This document shows, piece by piece, positions 19,001 through 28,092 of a stretch of 54,235 bases of DNA; the stretch's first letter is position 1; every line of letters starts with the position of its first letter. The notes beneath the pieces are model-generated. The model searched no databases, had not been told where the DNA came from, and saw nothing but the letters and a program-made list of their open reading frames with translations. Origin of the DNA: a virus (lineage: Duplodnaviria; Caudoviricetes). Both the position numbers and the translations under genes were made by a program. The stretch lies in IMG/VR virus record IMGVR_UViG_3300042934_000356, positions 1 to 54,235 of that record, one strand, 5' to 3'.

Positions 19001-21801
19001 AATCCTCCATTATCTTTCATAGATTTTAATATATTATTAAAATCATCAATAGAAGATTCAGCCTTAGAAATTGCATCTTGTATTTTTGATATATCTACAT
19101 TCTTACCTAAATCACTAACATATCCGGTTGCCGATTCAGCAGAAGTGGCAAGAGAGTAAAGAGATGATGCCGTTTCTTTTGCTATTTTAGAGTTCTTTGA
19201 TAATGTATTACTAGATTTATCAGATGTATTGTTAAGAGCATTAAATTGTTCAGCGGCTTCTGTGGCTGATATCCCAGATTCTTTTAAAGAAGACATTAAT
19301 TCTTTAGATGATGATACTTGATCTGGAGTAATAGGTTTAGTCTTAGCTAATTCATTTAAGCTTGCAACCTCATTTTTAACCTCATCTTTATTAATTATGT
19401 CTTGAAATTGAATTTCTTTCCATTTATCCGGATCTAAGCTTTTATATATTAAATCAATTGCACTATTAATTTCACCTAATGTTTTTTTCTGAGTTGAAGT
19501 GAGAGAGTCTTTGGGAGAACTTTCAAGTACTTCTTTAAACTTTGTAAGATTAGTTAAAGCATTATTTAAATTAGTAGATACTTTTCCAATTTCAGTATCT
19601 AATTCTTCATACTTCTTATCATTTCCAGATTCACTTGCTTGTTTTTGAAGTTCAATCAATTGCTTATATAAAGCAAGTTGAACAGAAATGTCTTGCTCTG
19701 GAGTACCAAAAGCACTTATATTTTTATTATGTGAAAGACTTTCCTGATTCTTTTGTACTTTTTCGGGTGATATATTATAAGAAGCATACTGTTCGTTGAA
19801 CCCTTTGACGGCTTCATTTATAACATCTTTTTGTTTAGAGGCATTTATTTTTTCTAATAAATCTTTTTGAATAAGTAGTTGCTCATTAGTCTTATATAAA
19901 TTTTCTAATTCTTCTTTATCTGTAAATTTTAAATTGTCTTGTGAATTAATTTCATCAATTCGTTTTTTGGTGTCTGCTAATTTCTTATTAACTTCTTCTA
20001 TCTTAGAAGAATTTTCATCATACTTGGACTTAACATCCTCAAGTTTATTCATTTCTTCATCAATAGTAGCATTAAAATAGTCAAATGCTTTTGAAAGTCC
20101 GTAAATTGCACTTACTCCTAATACTGCCCAGCCTAATGGGTTAGTTAAAAGAAAACTTTTTATAGCAATTGTTGTTGCTTTTATTGCGCCAGTCAAACCG
20201 ACTTGTGCAACTGCGGCGCTCAATGTTGCAACTTCCATACCTGCCATTTGAGAAGTTATTGCCAAAATATTTGACATGAGTGATGAAAATACTCCGGTCT
20301 TTGCTCCTATTACTGCTAAGAGACCCACAAAAGCAATATTAAATACGCCAATTTTATCTGTAGCTTGTATTAACGCATTAGCAAAATCCAAGAACCCCTT
20401 TATAACTCCACTATTTAAAGTATCAGAAGACAACTCCTGCAATGATGAAGTAAGTTTCTTAGTTTTAGCTTCAACTGATTCTTCATAATTCGCAAATTTA
20501 TCCATTGCTGTACCAGAAGATTTTTGAGCTGTACCTGTATACTCAAGGGCTTTCCCGTAGTTAGACATCAAGACCAAAAAATCCTCCATATGATCTTTGC
20601 CCGCGATAGAAACTGCAATTGCTCTCTGGTTTACCTCTGAGAAAGTATTCCATCTACCAGCGACATCATCAAGCACATCATCAAAATCTCTGAAAGTTTT
20701 GTTGTCGCTTCGTAATGCAATGCCAACATTATTCAGAGATGTTTCTACGTTATTTAAATCTGAGGCTGCTTCTGGATCAGATAGACTTTTTAGCTTTATA
20801 TTAGCCATACGAGAAAACATTGTGCTGAAACTATTTCCTACAGATGACATAGCTTCTCCGGTTGTTTCACCAACTACCGCTAAATAACCCAGAAGTTTTT
20901 CCATAGATACTCCAGCCATATTTGCATTCGTTGCCGTTTGAGCCATGGCAGTAGCGAGTCCACCAGCTGAAGTAGCTGAAACTAAATCTACGGCAGAGAG
21001 TTTATCTACAATGCCAATTACATCAGATACTTCAACCTTATACCCCTTCATGGCAGTAGTAAGATATGTAGTAGCATCAGCAGTATCAATATTACCTATT
21101 TTAGCCAATACTAATGAATCTTTAATAAGTTCATTCGTTTCTGCAATTGTTTTACCTTGACGCAAATAATCCGATGCCGCGGCTGCAACTTCAGTTCCAG
21201 TGGCACCCATCTGCTGACCCATATCTATATAGGTATTAAGTAATTCCTTTGCTTGTTCATGGGTATCACCAGTAGCCATCTGTAGATCAACTAGGGACTT
21301 GTCCAGATTTCCAACTTCATCAATCATACTCCGGATTGCGTTAACACCTGTCATTATTAATGATGCTGATCCTAAGTAATTTAAGAATTGCTTAGAATTC
21401 TTTCCAAGTTTCGCAAATACTGTATCACCAGTTTGCCCAAGAGCATTTGCCTTACTTGTAATCGTACGAAATTCATTACCTAATTGCTTTAATCCACTAG
21501 AGTCAACACTGTTTATTTTAGTTTTGACATTTTCTAATTCAGAAACTAAATCTTTTGATAGTTTTGTATTGTTCTTTATATAAGCAGTAATATTATTATC
21601 TAATTTAACTTTATTCTGGCTTAATGCTGCTTGAGCCTCAACAGATAATTCTTTTAAAGCTTTTTTAGCATTTGCAGTAGAGAGTTCAATGTTTAGCTCT
21701 TTAGCTCCTTTTTGCAATTGAGTTATTTGAGCATTAATGTCAGTTTGAGATTTTTGTAAGTCTATTGCGGCTTTTAATAATAAACTAAACTGGTTATCCA
21801 T
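16048..21801 (-). CDS. Tail tape measure protein (TP901-type core, C-terminal DUF3597-like domain)
   Basis: 1917 aa, helical; VDKLSAVD..SATS..LA.AM core; SIVD.LK..DSS..AR..L...GTDSQN near the C-terminus. Confidence 0.92.
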   Translation of the reverse strand: MDNQFSLLLKAAIDLQKSQTDINAQITQLQKGAKELNIELSTANAKKALKELSVEAQAALSQNKVKLDNNITAYIKNNTKLSKDLVSELENVKTKINSVDSSGLKQLGNEFRTITSKANALGQTGDTVFAKLGKNSKQFLNYLGSASLIMTGVNAIRSMIDEVGNLDKSLVDLQMATGDTHEQAKELLNTYIDMGQQMGATGTEVAAAASDYLRQGKTIAETNELIKDSLVLAKIGNIDTADATTYLTTAMKGYKVEVSDVIGIVDKLSAVDLVSATSAGGLATAMAQTATNANMAGVSMEKLLGYLAVVGETTGEAMSSVGNSFSTMFSRMANIKLKSLSDPEAASDLNNVETSLNNVGIALRSDNKTFRDFDDVLDDVAGRWNTFSEVNQRAIAVSIAGKDHMEDFLVLMSNYGKALEYTGTAQKSSGTAMDKFANYEESVEAKTKKLTSSLQELSSDTLNSGVIKGFLDFANALIQATDKIGVFNIAFVGLLAVIGAKTGVFSSLMSNILAITSQMAGMEVATLSAAVAQVGLTGAIKATTIAIKSFLLTNPLGWAVLGVSAIYGLSKAFDYFNATIDEEMNKLEDVKSKYDENSSKIEEVNKKLADTKKRIDEINSQDNLKFTDKEELENLYKTNEQLLIQKDLLEKINASKQKDVINEAVKGFNEQYASYNISPEKVQKNQESLSHNKNISAFGTPEQDISVQLALYKQLIELQKQASESGNDKKYEELDTEIGKVSTNLNNALTNLTKFKEVLESSPKDSLTSTQKKTLGEINSAIDLIYKSLDPDKWKEIQFQDIINKDEVKNEVASLNELAKTKPITPDQVSSSKELMSSLKESGISATEAAEQFNALNNTSDKSSNTLSKNSKIAKETASSLYSLATSAESATGYVSDLGKNVDISKIQDAISKAESSIDDFNNILKSMKDNGGLTSDSLDTISQKYPKLLKYVSDEAQLREELQKAIKEQKKTAEDYYKSVLEMDTDLFKTIVKNNENRINKLSDDYKIDIKNWQSLAQAKADIDGTLLTELNKKWGEYYTQRARLIGLEAELQTNNDPIIKQSNDLNIFGIGNLSNPNSTFLDGQKKKLKELSSEATSAQKNYNELKSIFEGTDYTSKIIGGISSTSDKQKKTKDKTKNEFSQVFDWIAIRIDKLKEKAQKAIDDVSKYIYYKSQNNQLKIAITAQVDEKKSLTSLMKSYNKMADKVKLPKKYQDLVNNGGFNIQTIKNEALAKKIEEYQKWKEAAAGVADEIKNINDKIKELNAQKLTNITEYFGDRNDYISAKISRKESEVLLKTDSGKSPTKHDYKALIKLQNDDKKNSQKELAAYTKQFNEQVKNGDITKNSPEYLKGLSEINDLTKAINESQSAVYNYKTEIRELDWKGFDKGITKVNNIKNELSDLSDMIRDSEILDDKGNYTEAGLTKLGLLSQQMNTNTKLASEYGKAIKKIGNELKNGTITQDQYNEELANYQGLQRQAVKDNQALEDSIAEIAKQRIQFEIDAINKETDAFKELVDAKKEALQAEKDLHDYQESINKKQKSIDTLQKQIAALKSSTERSDIAKRLKLEKDLKDQQADLDEEQYQHSIEAQSDALDDEYDSYKKSQDEKVAALEKSLNDQEALVKSALNEVYSNTTEISTGIQTLASEHGLNVTNSVVSPWEKAKTAIDLYKVALDGLPKDNGADGVPKTGGDSDGSGGSGAGKGSSSGGAASGAGTKGNASTSKSSSTGSTSSSKLPISTVKYTGNKSSLNKDTSIVDRLKYNDLDSSSSARSKLYKYFGLSGSYTGTDSQNAKLIAAMKKAGFSQGGTGKLVNSLEDEGFTLMKRDEAMLSSAQTEQFKTLLGYAPMIKPAIDSISGNNNYPNIQNSNPINIQYDSLIKVEGNVDSSNIKQLELIAQKAVEKGNQTLISLWNQKH

Positions 21802-21849
21802 ATTTCCTCCTTTTGGGCATAAAAATAACGCCTCGAAGGAGACGTTTCA

Positions 21850-23034
21850 CTAACTTGCAATATTTATTTCTTCAATAGCCCCACATTTAACTAGTTCACA
21901 AAATAAAAAATATTCTAAATTACCATTGTATAACTCCCAATAAGGAACTCTAATAAGTGGTATACTATTTTCTTTACAATATTGATTTTTTATTTCATCT
22001 CTAATGTGTGTAGTTTTTAAGTTTTCATCTGCTTGTTCCTGTGTCATATTAGGATATCTAATTGCTTTATAATGGAATAATCCATCAAACTCTATAAGGC
22101 ACAATATTTTACTGTTCTGATCTAACAATACAAAATCGAATGGAAGAGTATATTTGCATTTACAATCATTGAATCTAAATTGTTCCTTAAACGTATAACC
22201 CCACCTTTTTAATATATTTGATATTGCAATTTCTCCGCGAGAACGTGTCAAACAACCACATGATAATGTGTTTCCTGATTTTAAATTATTCTGTGCAACC
22301 GTAACAACGTTCCCACAAGTACATTCGCACTCCCACATATTTATACTAGTTTCTTCATAATATTTTTTCTCAATAAATCTTAAAACTGTAAGTTCTCCAA
22401 ATTGCTGACCCACTAAATCTTCAATTTCTTTATTGATACAACCACATGAACGTATGTTTCCAGTGACTAATGAACTTGACCGAATATATTTTATTTTTCC
22501 ACAGTCGCACTCACATTCGTATGTAGTGGCACCATATTCCCTTGACCAATAATTATCTTTTTCTATTACTGTAAGTTTCCCAAACCTTCTACCAGTCAAA
22601 TCATTTTTAGATAAGCATCCACAACTTTTTGTATGACCACTTGTGAGAGAAGAAATTTCGACATCTAGTTCTTCACCGCAATCGCATTTACAATGCCAAT
22701 ATCTTCTCAATCTTGATTTTTGTTTGTGTCCTGAGAAATATAATACAGTTAGATTTCCAAATCTTTTTCCGGTTAAATCCTTAGATTGCTTATTACCTAG
22801 TTTTAAAGCTTTTTCTTTATAAATACATCCACAGGAATTTGATGAACCGTTTTTTAATGCTTCTCCATTGACTTCTCTAACTGTATGTTTTTCACAAGAG
22901 CATTCACACAACCAATATTGTTTATATCTTAATCTATTATTTTTATCATATTTACATTCGATTTTTCCCTTTTTAATAACAGTCCATCTACCATATCTGT
23001 CACCAATTTGAATATCTTTATATTTCTTTTCCAT
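21850..23034 (-). CDS. Homing-endonuclease-like protein: four Cys-rich repeats plus a Vsr/PD-(D/E)xK-like nuclease domain
   Basis: Four G.RFG.LTV...C.C.CG...L.SG...SCGC repeats; SRGE..I, LPFDF, IEFDG.FHY, RDEIKN.YC motifs. Confidence 0.75.
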   Translation of the reverse strand: MEKKYKDIQIGDRYGRWTVIKKGKIECKYDKNNRLRYKQYWLCECSCEKHTVREVNGEALKNGSSNSCGCIYKEKALKLGNKQSKDLTGKRFGNLTVLYFSGHKQKSRLRRYWHCKCDCGEELDVEISSLTSGHTKSCGCLSKNDLTGRRFGKLTVIEKDNYWSREYGATTYECECDCGKIKYIRSSSLVTGNIRSCGCINKEIEDLVGQQFGELTVLRFIEKKYYEETSINMWECECTCGNVVTVAQNNLKSGNTLSCGCLTRSRGEIAISNILKRWGYTFKEQFRFNDCKCKYTLPFDFVLLDQNSKILCLIEFDGLFHYKAIRYPNMTQEQADENLKTTHIRDEIKNQYCKENSIPLIRVPYWELYNGNLEYFLFCELVKCGAIEEINIAS

Positions 23035-23065
23035 GCCTCTATCACCTATTATCCTTTCAGTATTA

Positions 23066-23242
23066 TTATTTTTGTGCATAAAAAGAAGCCAGTGCTAAAA
23101 ATAGCTCCTGACTTTTTTGATATTTATATGTGGTTATTCCGTTTACTTCTTTTACAAATTTATATCTAATCCCAACTGATTCCAAGTACTTCATTTCCTT
23201 TGGATATTGAGAAGAGTATTCTTTATCAAATATTAGAGATAT
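23066..23242 (-). CDS. 58-aa phage protein (DUF5659-like) with an apparent ATA start
   Basis: AGGAGG + 7 nt + ATA; product ISLIFDKEYSSQYPKEMKYLESVGIRYKFVKEVNGITTYKYQKSQELFLALASFYAQK. Confidence 0.6.
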   Translation of the reverse strand: MSLIFDKEYSSQYPKEMKYLESVGIRYKFVKEVNGITTYKYQKSQELFLALASFYAQK

Positions 23243-23354
23243 AACAATCCCTCCTGTCTATAAATATTATAGTTTTAGAAAATTATGTAGGTTCCAGCCA
23301 CATTGTTTTAATATTAAAGTTTTAATATAATAACGTGGTGTGGAGGATTTACAA

Positions 23355-23546
23355 ATGTATATAAATATAAGTAATATTTTGGAGTCGCAAAACAAGACAG
23401 CCTATTGGCTTTCGAAAGAAGTTGGATGTGACTATCACAGTTTGCTTAATTTATGCAATAATCAGACCTCATCAATTTCCTTCTTACTCTTAAACAAGAT
23501 ATGTTTAGCTTTAAATTGTACTCCGGGCGATATAATTAAAATGTAA
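23355..23546 (+). CDS. Cro/C1-type HTH regulator (YozG-like)
   Basis: YWLSKEVG...L..LCNN...ISF..L.KIC.ALNCTPGDII; GGAGG RBS. Confidence 0.85.
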   Translation: MYINISNILESQNKTAYWLSKEVGCDYHSLLNLCNNQTSSISFLLLNKICLALNCTPGDIIKM

Positions 23547-23657
23547 ATAGAAAACAACATTAAAAAAGCCATAGTATATGAAGTAAATCATATAAAATGG
23601 CAGATTTCTTAATTCGTTATTTAGTAGAAGAGTAGTTGCATTTACCACATAATATTG

Positions 23658-23987
23658 TTAACTTGCTTTTTCAATAAATACCACACCATGATTTCCAAAT
23701 TCTAATTTTTCAATATATCCACAACCATCATTTAGAGGAATTAATAATATATTGGTTAAATGTTCACGCAAAAAAGCCATGATTGTGTAAGAATTATTAA
23801 TAATAATATCGTCAGCATCATAGCACATAACGATATTATCTATTAATTCCATTGTTAACCCATATACTATAAATTTTCTTTCTCCATTGTGTGGAAAATT
23901 TTCAGTGACTAATACCTTTTCAATTCCCATTTCGTAAAATAACATTTCCCATCTCTCTTGAAGTTCTTCAATAGTTAACTTAATCAT
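23658..23987 (-). CDS. Hypothetical protein
   Basis: 109-aa ORF with AGGGGGT RBS. Confidence 0.6.
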   Translation of the reverse strand: MIKLTIEELQERWEMLFYEMGIEKVLVTENFPHNGERKFIVYGLTMELIDNIVMCYDADDIIINNSYTIMAFLREHLTNILLIPLNDGCGYIEKLEFGNHGVVFIEKAS

Positions 23988-24095
23988 ACGGTAACCCCCT
24001 TATAATCTAACTATCATAATAGTTGCTGTTTACAATTATATCATAATAAGTAGAAAAATGTTACATTATAGGGAAAGTGATTCATATGTTAACCA

Positions 24096-24311
24096 TTATA
24101 TATAATCTGTGTCCAGAATAAAAACTTCTTCTACTTTTAACTCTAAACCTCGAGCGATAAGCATCATTGTTATTTGAGTTGGATAAGAATCCCCATTCTC
24201 TAATTTGCTTATCATGCCATTAGTAATCCCTGTTAATTTTTCAACATCCCTGGTAGATAAATTCCTTTCCCATCTGATTTGTTTTAGTTTGTTTAGTATT
24301 TTTGTCCTCAT
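24096..24311 (-). CDS. XRE-family HTH regulator
   Basis: LKQIR.ERNLS..DV...TGI....ISKLENG.SYP....IARGL. Confidence 0.85.
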   Translation of the reverse strand: MRTKILNKLKQIRWERNLSTRDVEKLTGITNGMISKLENGDSYPTQITMMLIARGLELKVEEVFILDTDYI

Positions 24312-24466
24312 TATGTATGCAATCACCAATCCATTTGACTAATGTAGTAGGAAATATATCCTATAAATTAAGTGATTAAATTATATCAATAAGTTCGACA
24401 AATATCTGCAAGAAATACTTACCAGAAATGGATAATAAAGGTAATGATGGAAGGGTAGTAAATGAT

Positions 24467-24484
24467 ATGAAATTAGACTTTTAT
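24467..24484. repeat. ATGAAA-N6-TTTTAT site, copy 4
   Basis: atgaaa ttagac ttttat, directly adjoining the recombinase stop codon (24485-24487). Confidence 0.7.
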
Positions 24485-25498
24485 TTAGATAAACAATTCA
24501 TCAGATTCTGATTCCTCATCTCCACCAATTACGTAAATTTTCGTGGTTTCACTCGACTCATGTCCAAGCAGTGCCTTTGCCGCTTCGATACTCTTACCTT
24601 GTGCAATAACAATATCTGTCGCAGCTGCTTCACGTAATGCATGAGGATGAAAACGGCGACCTAGAATAGGAGCAAATATTTTTGAAGCCCAACCATTAAA
24701 TGTACTTTCAGATACTTGTTTTACTTGTTTATCGTATACTGAGGTAAACATATAAGGACAGTCATCATCTCTTTCTGCTAACCATTCTTTAAATGCGTCC
24801 ATAGCATAATCACTGAATTTGAGCTGACGAATTTTTCCGGTTTTCCCGTGGCCTTTGCAACGAATCTTAGGAGTAAGATAATATTTCGCTTCCTTTTCAA
24901 TATCTTTACCATTATCATCTTTAGTTTTAACCATCTTTGTTATCAACGGTGTATCTACGATATTCTTCAATATTTGTGCAGTTTCAGCACGTCTACAGCC
25001 CGTTTCAAATGTAAATTTTAAATATGCAATATATTCTTTCTTGTACTTACGATTTGATTTCTCAAGAATATCAACCATCATGTCAATTTCTTCTCTTGTG
25101 GGTGGAATTTTATCATGTACAAATGCCTTTTCAGGTTTCTTTATACTCTTGTTAATAAAATTATGAAATGTGGGATATTCATCTGTGTAATATACGACTA
25201 TGTAATTGTTTAATGAACTAATTGCAGCTCTCTTATTTGCTATATCAGAAGATGAATGACCTTTATTTAAAAGCCAATTTTGATACTTTAAATATTCCCT
25301 AGGTTTAATTTCTACTTGTTTCTTATTATCTAGATGTAACCTAACCCAATTGAACCAAATCGCCAAGTTTGAATGATAAGCCTTTAAACTTTTATCTGAC
25401 AACTCTGTAGAATTAGAAATAAATTCATCACGTATTTCTTTATTAAATTCGTTACATAATTCCCATTCTTTATCAGTTATTGCTTGTAATCTTTCCAT
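24485..25498 (-). CDS. Tyrosine recombinase (SPbeta YomM-like, in the tail region)
   Basis: ETGCRRAE (R), KG (K), HPHALR (HxxR), LLGH.S.ETT.IY (H, Y); upstream of the tape measure gene like yomM. Confidence 0.9.
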   Translation of the reverse strand: MERLQAITDKEWELCNEFNKEIRDEFISNSTELSDKSLKAYHSNLAIWFNWVRLHLDNKKQVEIKPREYLKYQNWLLNKGHSSSDIANKRAAISSLNNYIVVYYTDEYPTFHNFINKSIKKPEKAFVHDKIPPTREEIDMMVDILEKSNRKYKKEYIAYLKFTFETGCRRAETAQILKNIVDTPLITKMVKTKDDNGKDIEKEAKYYLTPKIRCKGHGKTGKIRQLKFSDYAMDAFKEWLAERDDDCPYMFTSVYDKQVKQVSESTFNGWASKIFAPILGRRFHPHALREAAATDIVIAQGKSIEAAKALLGHESSETTKIYVIGGDEESESDELFI

Positions 25499-25624
25499 AA
25501 TTATTCCTCCGTTTCTTAAAATTTTTCACTAGTCTTAAAGCAATTCAGAGCACAATAAAAGCACCTATTAAGCTAGGTGCTTCAATCTACTTTGAATAAT
25601 TATTCTTCCATATACTGCTTTTAT

Positions 25625-26092
25625 CTACACAATTGTCTTATAATACACATTCAAGATATTATCTACAGAATTGATTCCTATTGTTAACTTAGCTGGTAAC
25701 ACCGCCGTTTTAGTGGTATCTAACTCATAAGTAGTAGAAGAGTAGTTAAGTAACATAATTACTGTTCCTAAGACAGCTTCACCAGAAATGGATTTTGTGA
25801 TATCTTTTACATTGTCAAAATAGTAATTTACCTCATAGTGATACTGTGTCGGAGCATCTGTAGAGTCAAATAAATAATCATTATCATATGAGATTTCAGT
25901 TACAACTTTTAATTTACTGGTTGGTATACTAACATCTAATTGCTTTAACTTGAACTCGATTATATCCAGATTTTCTGCTTCAAAAATCTCATTATTATCA
26001 TCCGTTACGAATTCCCATAATGCTCCACGTGAAGAAGCAGAAGTAGTAGATACAATTGCATCAGATACACATTTTAGTATTCTATATTTCAT
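25625..26092 (-). CDS. Hypothetical protein with C-terminal MucBP/Ig-like domain
   Basis: YEVNYY....N.LNVYYK pattern; GAAAGG RBS. Confidence 0.55.
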   Translation of the reverse strand: MKYRILKCVSDAIVSTTSASSRGALWEFVTDDNNEIFEAENLDIIEFKLKQLDVSIPTSKLKVVTEISYDNDYLFDSTDAPTQYHYEVNYYFDNVKDITKSISGEAVLGTVIMLLNYSSTTYELDTTKTAVLPAKLTIGINSVDNILNVYYKTIV

Positions 26093-26135
26093 ATAATTCC
26101 TTTCTGTTGTAAATACAACGAATATATAATTTGTG

Positions 26136-26576
26136 TTAACCAATAACTGTTAACCCTCTTGATTTTAAAAAGATAATACAATCTGCAAGCAATTGTCCGG
26201 ATTCAATCGTAGAGTCTATGGAATCATCCCATACATGAGTATTTGTATCAACATCAAGGCCACCATGCAACCCCTGGTTGGCGAACACAACTACATCAAA
26301 TCCTGTAGCCTCCTTATAATTATCTAATGACTCATAGTCAATACCAACTACTGCTTGATAACCATTTCCGACCCTTTTAAGTTCTGTTTTAAAAGCTGAT
26401 CGCAGGAATTCTTCAGTTCTTTGATAGTGGGAGGGTGTCCACTCTATATAATACTGATTTAAAAAATAGTTTATAGTTTCATACACTTCATTTGTTGCAT
26501 ATTCACATAACTGCTTACAATGCTCTAACATAAACTTTTCTAAATCAGCCATAGATTTCCCATATATAGCTGCCAT
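26136..26576 (-). CDS. Putative tail-completion/neck protein (HK97 gp10-like)
   Basis: YY.EWTP..YQRT...L and G.HGG motifs; tail-region position. Confidence 0.5.
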   Translation of the reverse strand: MAAIYGKSMADLEKFMLEHCKQLCEYATNEVYETINYFLNQYYIEWTPSHYQRTEEFLRSAFKTELKRVGNGYQAVVGIDYESLDNYKEATGFDVVVFANQGLHGGLDVDTNTHVWDDSIDSTIESGQLLADCIIFLKSRGLTVIG

Positions 26577-26578
26577 AA

Positions 26579-26785
26579 TTATTCCTCAGATTTCGTTTCT
26601 TTATCTTTGGTAAATTTGACTATCTCTGATACTATATCTTTAGAATCTACATTCTTAACTTTATTAGCCATTTCTAAGATATCAGAAGTACCATTTATAA
26701 ACTCCAGTACCTTTCCTAGTATAATAACCTCATACTGTCTCTTCATTTTCTTTAAATCACGCATTTCTTTAAAATATTTGAACAT
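26579..26785 (-). CDS. Hypothetical protein
   Basis: GGAGG RBS before MFKYF. Confidence 0.6.
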   Translation of the reverse strand: MFKYFKEMRDLKKMKRQYEVIILGKVLEFINGTSDILEMANKVKNVDSKDIVSEIVKFTKDKETKSEE

Positions 26786-26835
26786 ATATTTTCCTCCGAT
26801 TATTATAAAATTAGGCATAAAAATAGATGCTAACT

Positions 26836-27306
26836 TTATTTGGTTGCATCTGACTTTGATTTCTTATCTATTTTTTTCTTCTTTTCTAATTCTTCATATG
26901 TAAGCCAATGTGATATATCACCATATTTGATATTCCTACACATCCAAACGTACTTTTCGTCAGGATATCGTTTCCAAAATAATTTGCGCTTACATTTTGA
27001 TAACGAATCGGGCAATCCTTTTACATCAAAAATAGTACGAGTACCATCATTCCAATATACAATATAGTCACTTACATATTTAATGGGTAATACTTTTACG
27101 TTATTATAAATGAATCCCTCTTGCAGTATAAACGGTATTTGTCTCTCATAACGAATTACCTCACCGCTTTCCATTTTAGGCAGTATCCATTCTTTTAAGA
27201 AATTTAGTTCAGTAAGCGAATCAAAAATTTCTCCATTATATGTACGTTTCTCTTTCCCCTTCAATGTCATGTCAACATTATATAAACTACGTTTTCTTTT
27301 AGCCAT
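26836..27306 (-). CDS. DUF1064-family PD-(D/E)xK nuclease-like protein
   Basis: FDS..E..F, Q.PFILQ, IKYVSDY...IFDVKG, KRKLF motifs. Confidence 0.8.
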   Translation of the reverse strand: MAKRKRSLYNVDMTLKGKEKRTYNGEIFDSLTELNFLKEWILPKMESGEVIRYERQIPFILQEGFIYNNVKVLPIKYVSDYIVYWNDGTRTIFDVKGLPDSLSKCKRKLFWKRYPDEKYVWMCRNIKYGDISHWLTYEELEKKKKIDKKSKSDATK

Positions 27307-27335
27307 TTATATCCTTTCTGAAAGTCAATTAACAA

Positions 27336-27382
27336 CCAAAACGGTCATTCAGTACATAATATAATACCCCAAAACGGTCATT
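27336..27382. repeat. Direct repeat pair CCAAAACGGTCATT (iteron-like)
   Basis: Identical 14-mers at 27336 and 27369, 33 bp apart, downstream of the RepL-like gene. Confidence 0.7.
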
Positions 27383-27455
27383 TTATGCCCTATAGAAATC
27401 ATTATAAGTGGCATGTATACTATGTTTTTCGCAAATGTTATCTCTAATTCTACAC

Positions 27456-27980
27456 TTATTTATCCCATTTAGTTTCTGCAAATAGTGCCGCAACAGATTT
27501 ATTAATAGTAGTTCCTTTACTTGCAATATATGGATTAAATACATAACATTTAAACATTAGTTTTGGTTTTTCTTTACACCCTGTTTCAAATATTCCTAAC
27601 ACTCCTAAAGTGGTAAGAGATTTTATTATTTTTCTGACTCTGTCATAACTCAATCCTAACAAATCAGGAAAGTCTTGCAATTTAATTATTGAACCGTCCC
27701 CATGTTTAAGAATACAATCATCATATGAAATATAAGGCAATAGCATCATAGCAGTAGATAACTCTGCTTTTGATAGCTTTTCACACAATTCAGGCATTAC
27801 CCTATCATATATCTTCAAGAAACTCTCTCCTTTATTAAAATTTCGTATATATTTTTCATTTGCATCTTTGGACTTATCTCTTAATATCGAATCACCTTCA
27901 TATAAATGATCAATTATTTCACCTGTAGTTTCATTGATTATAGTACCTCTCAGTTCTTTTTCTCCGCATAGTTCTTTCAT
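27456..27980 (-). CDS. RepL-like HTH replication/maintenance protein
   Basis: NETTGEI N-terminus, F.K.Y, HTH (LGLSYDRVRKIIKSL), C-terminal YVFNPYI..KG. Confidence 0.65.
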   Translation of the reverse strand: MKELCGEKELRGTIINETTGEIIDHLYEGDSILRDKSKDANEKYIRNFNKGESFLKIYDRVMPELCEKLSKAELSTAMMLLPYISYDDCILKHGDGSIIKLQDFPDLLGLSYDRVRKIIKSLTTLGVLGIFETGCKEKPKLMFKCYVFNPYIASKGTTINKSVAALFAETKWDK

Positions 27981-28092
27981 TCAAACCCCTTTCATAAAAT
28001 TTTGAAACTGGACGTGAACTTGTTCACGGACAGAATGGGTTGCGATAGCAACACATCGTCTTTAATCCTAATAATTATATTCAAAACAAAAG

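Noticed and set aside
24485-25498. Tyrosine recombinase as the prophage integrase marking an att boundary
   Set aside because: Phage structural genes lie on both sides, with no host genes or att duplication; its position matches internal yomM.
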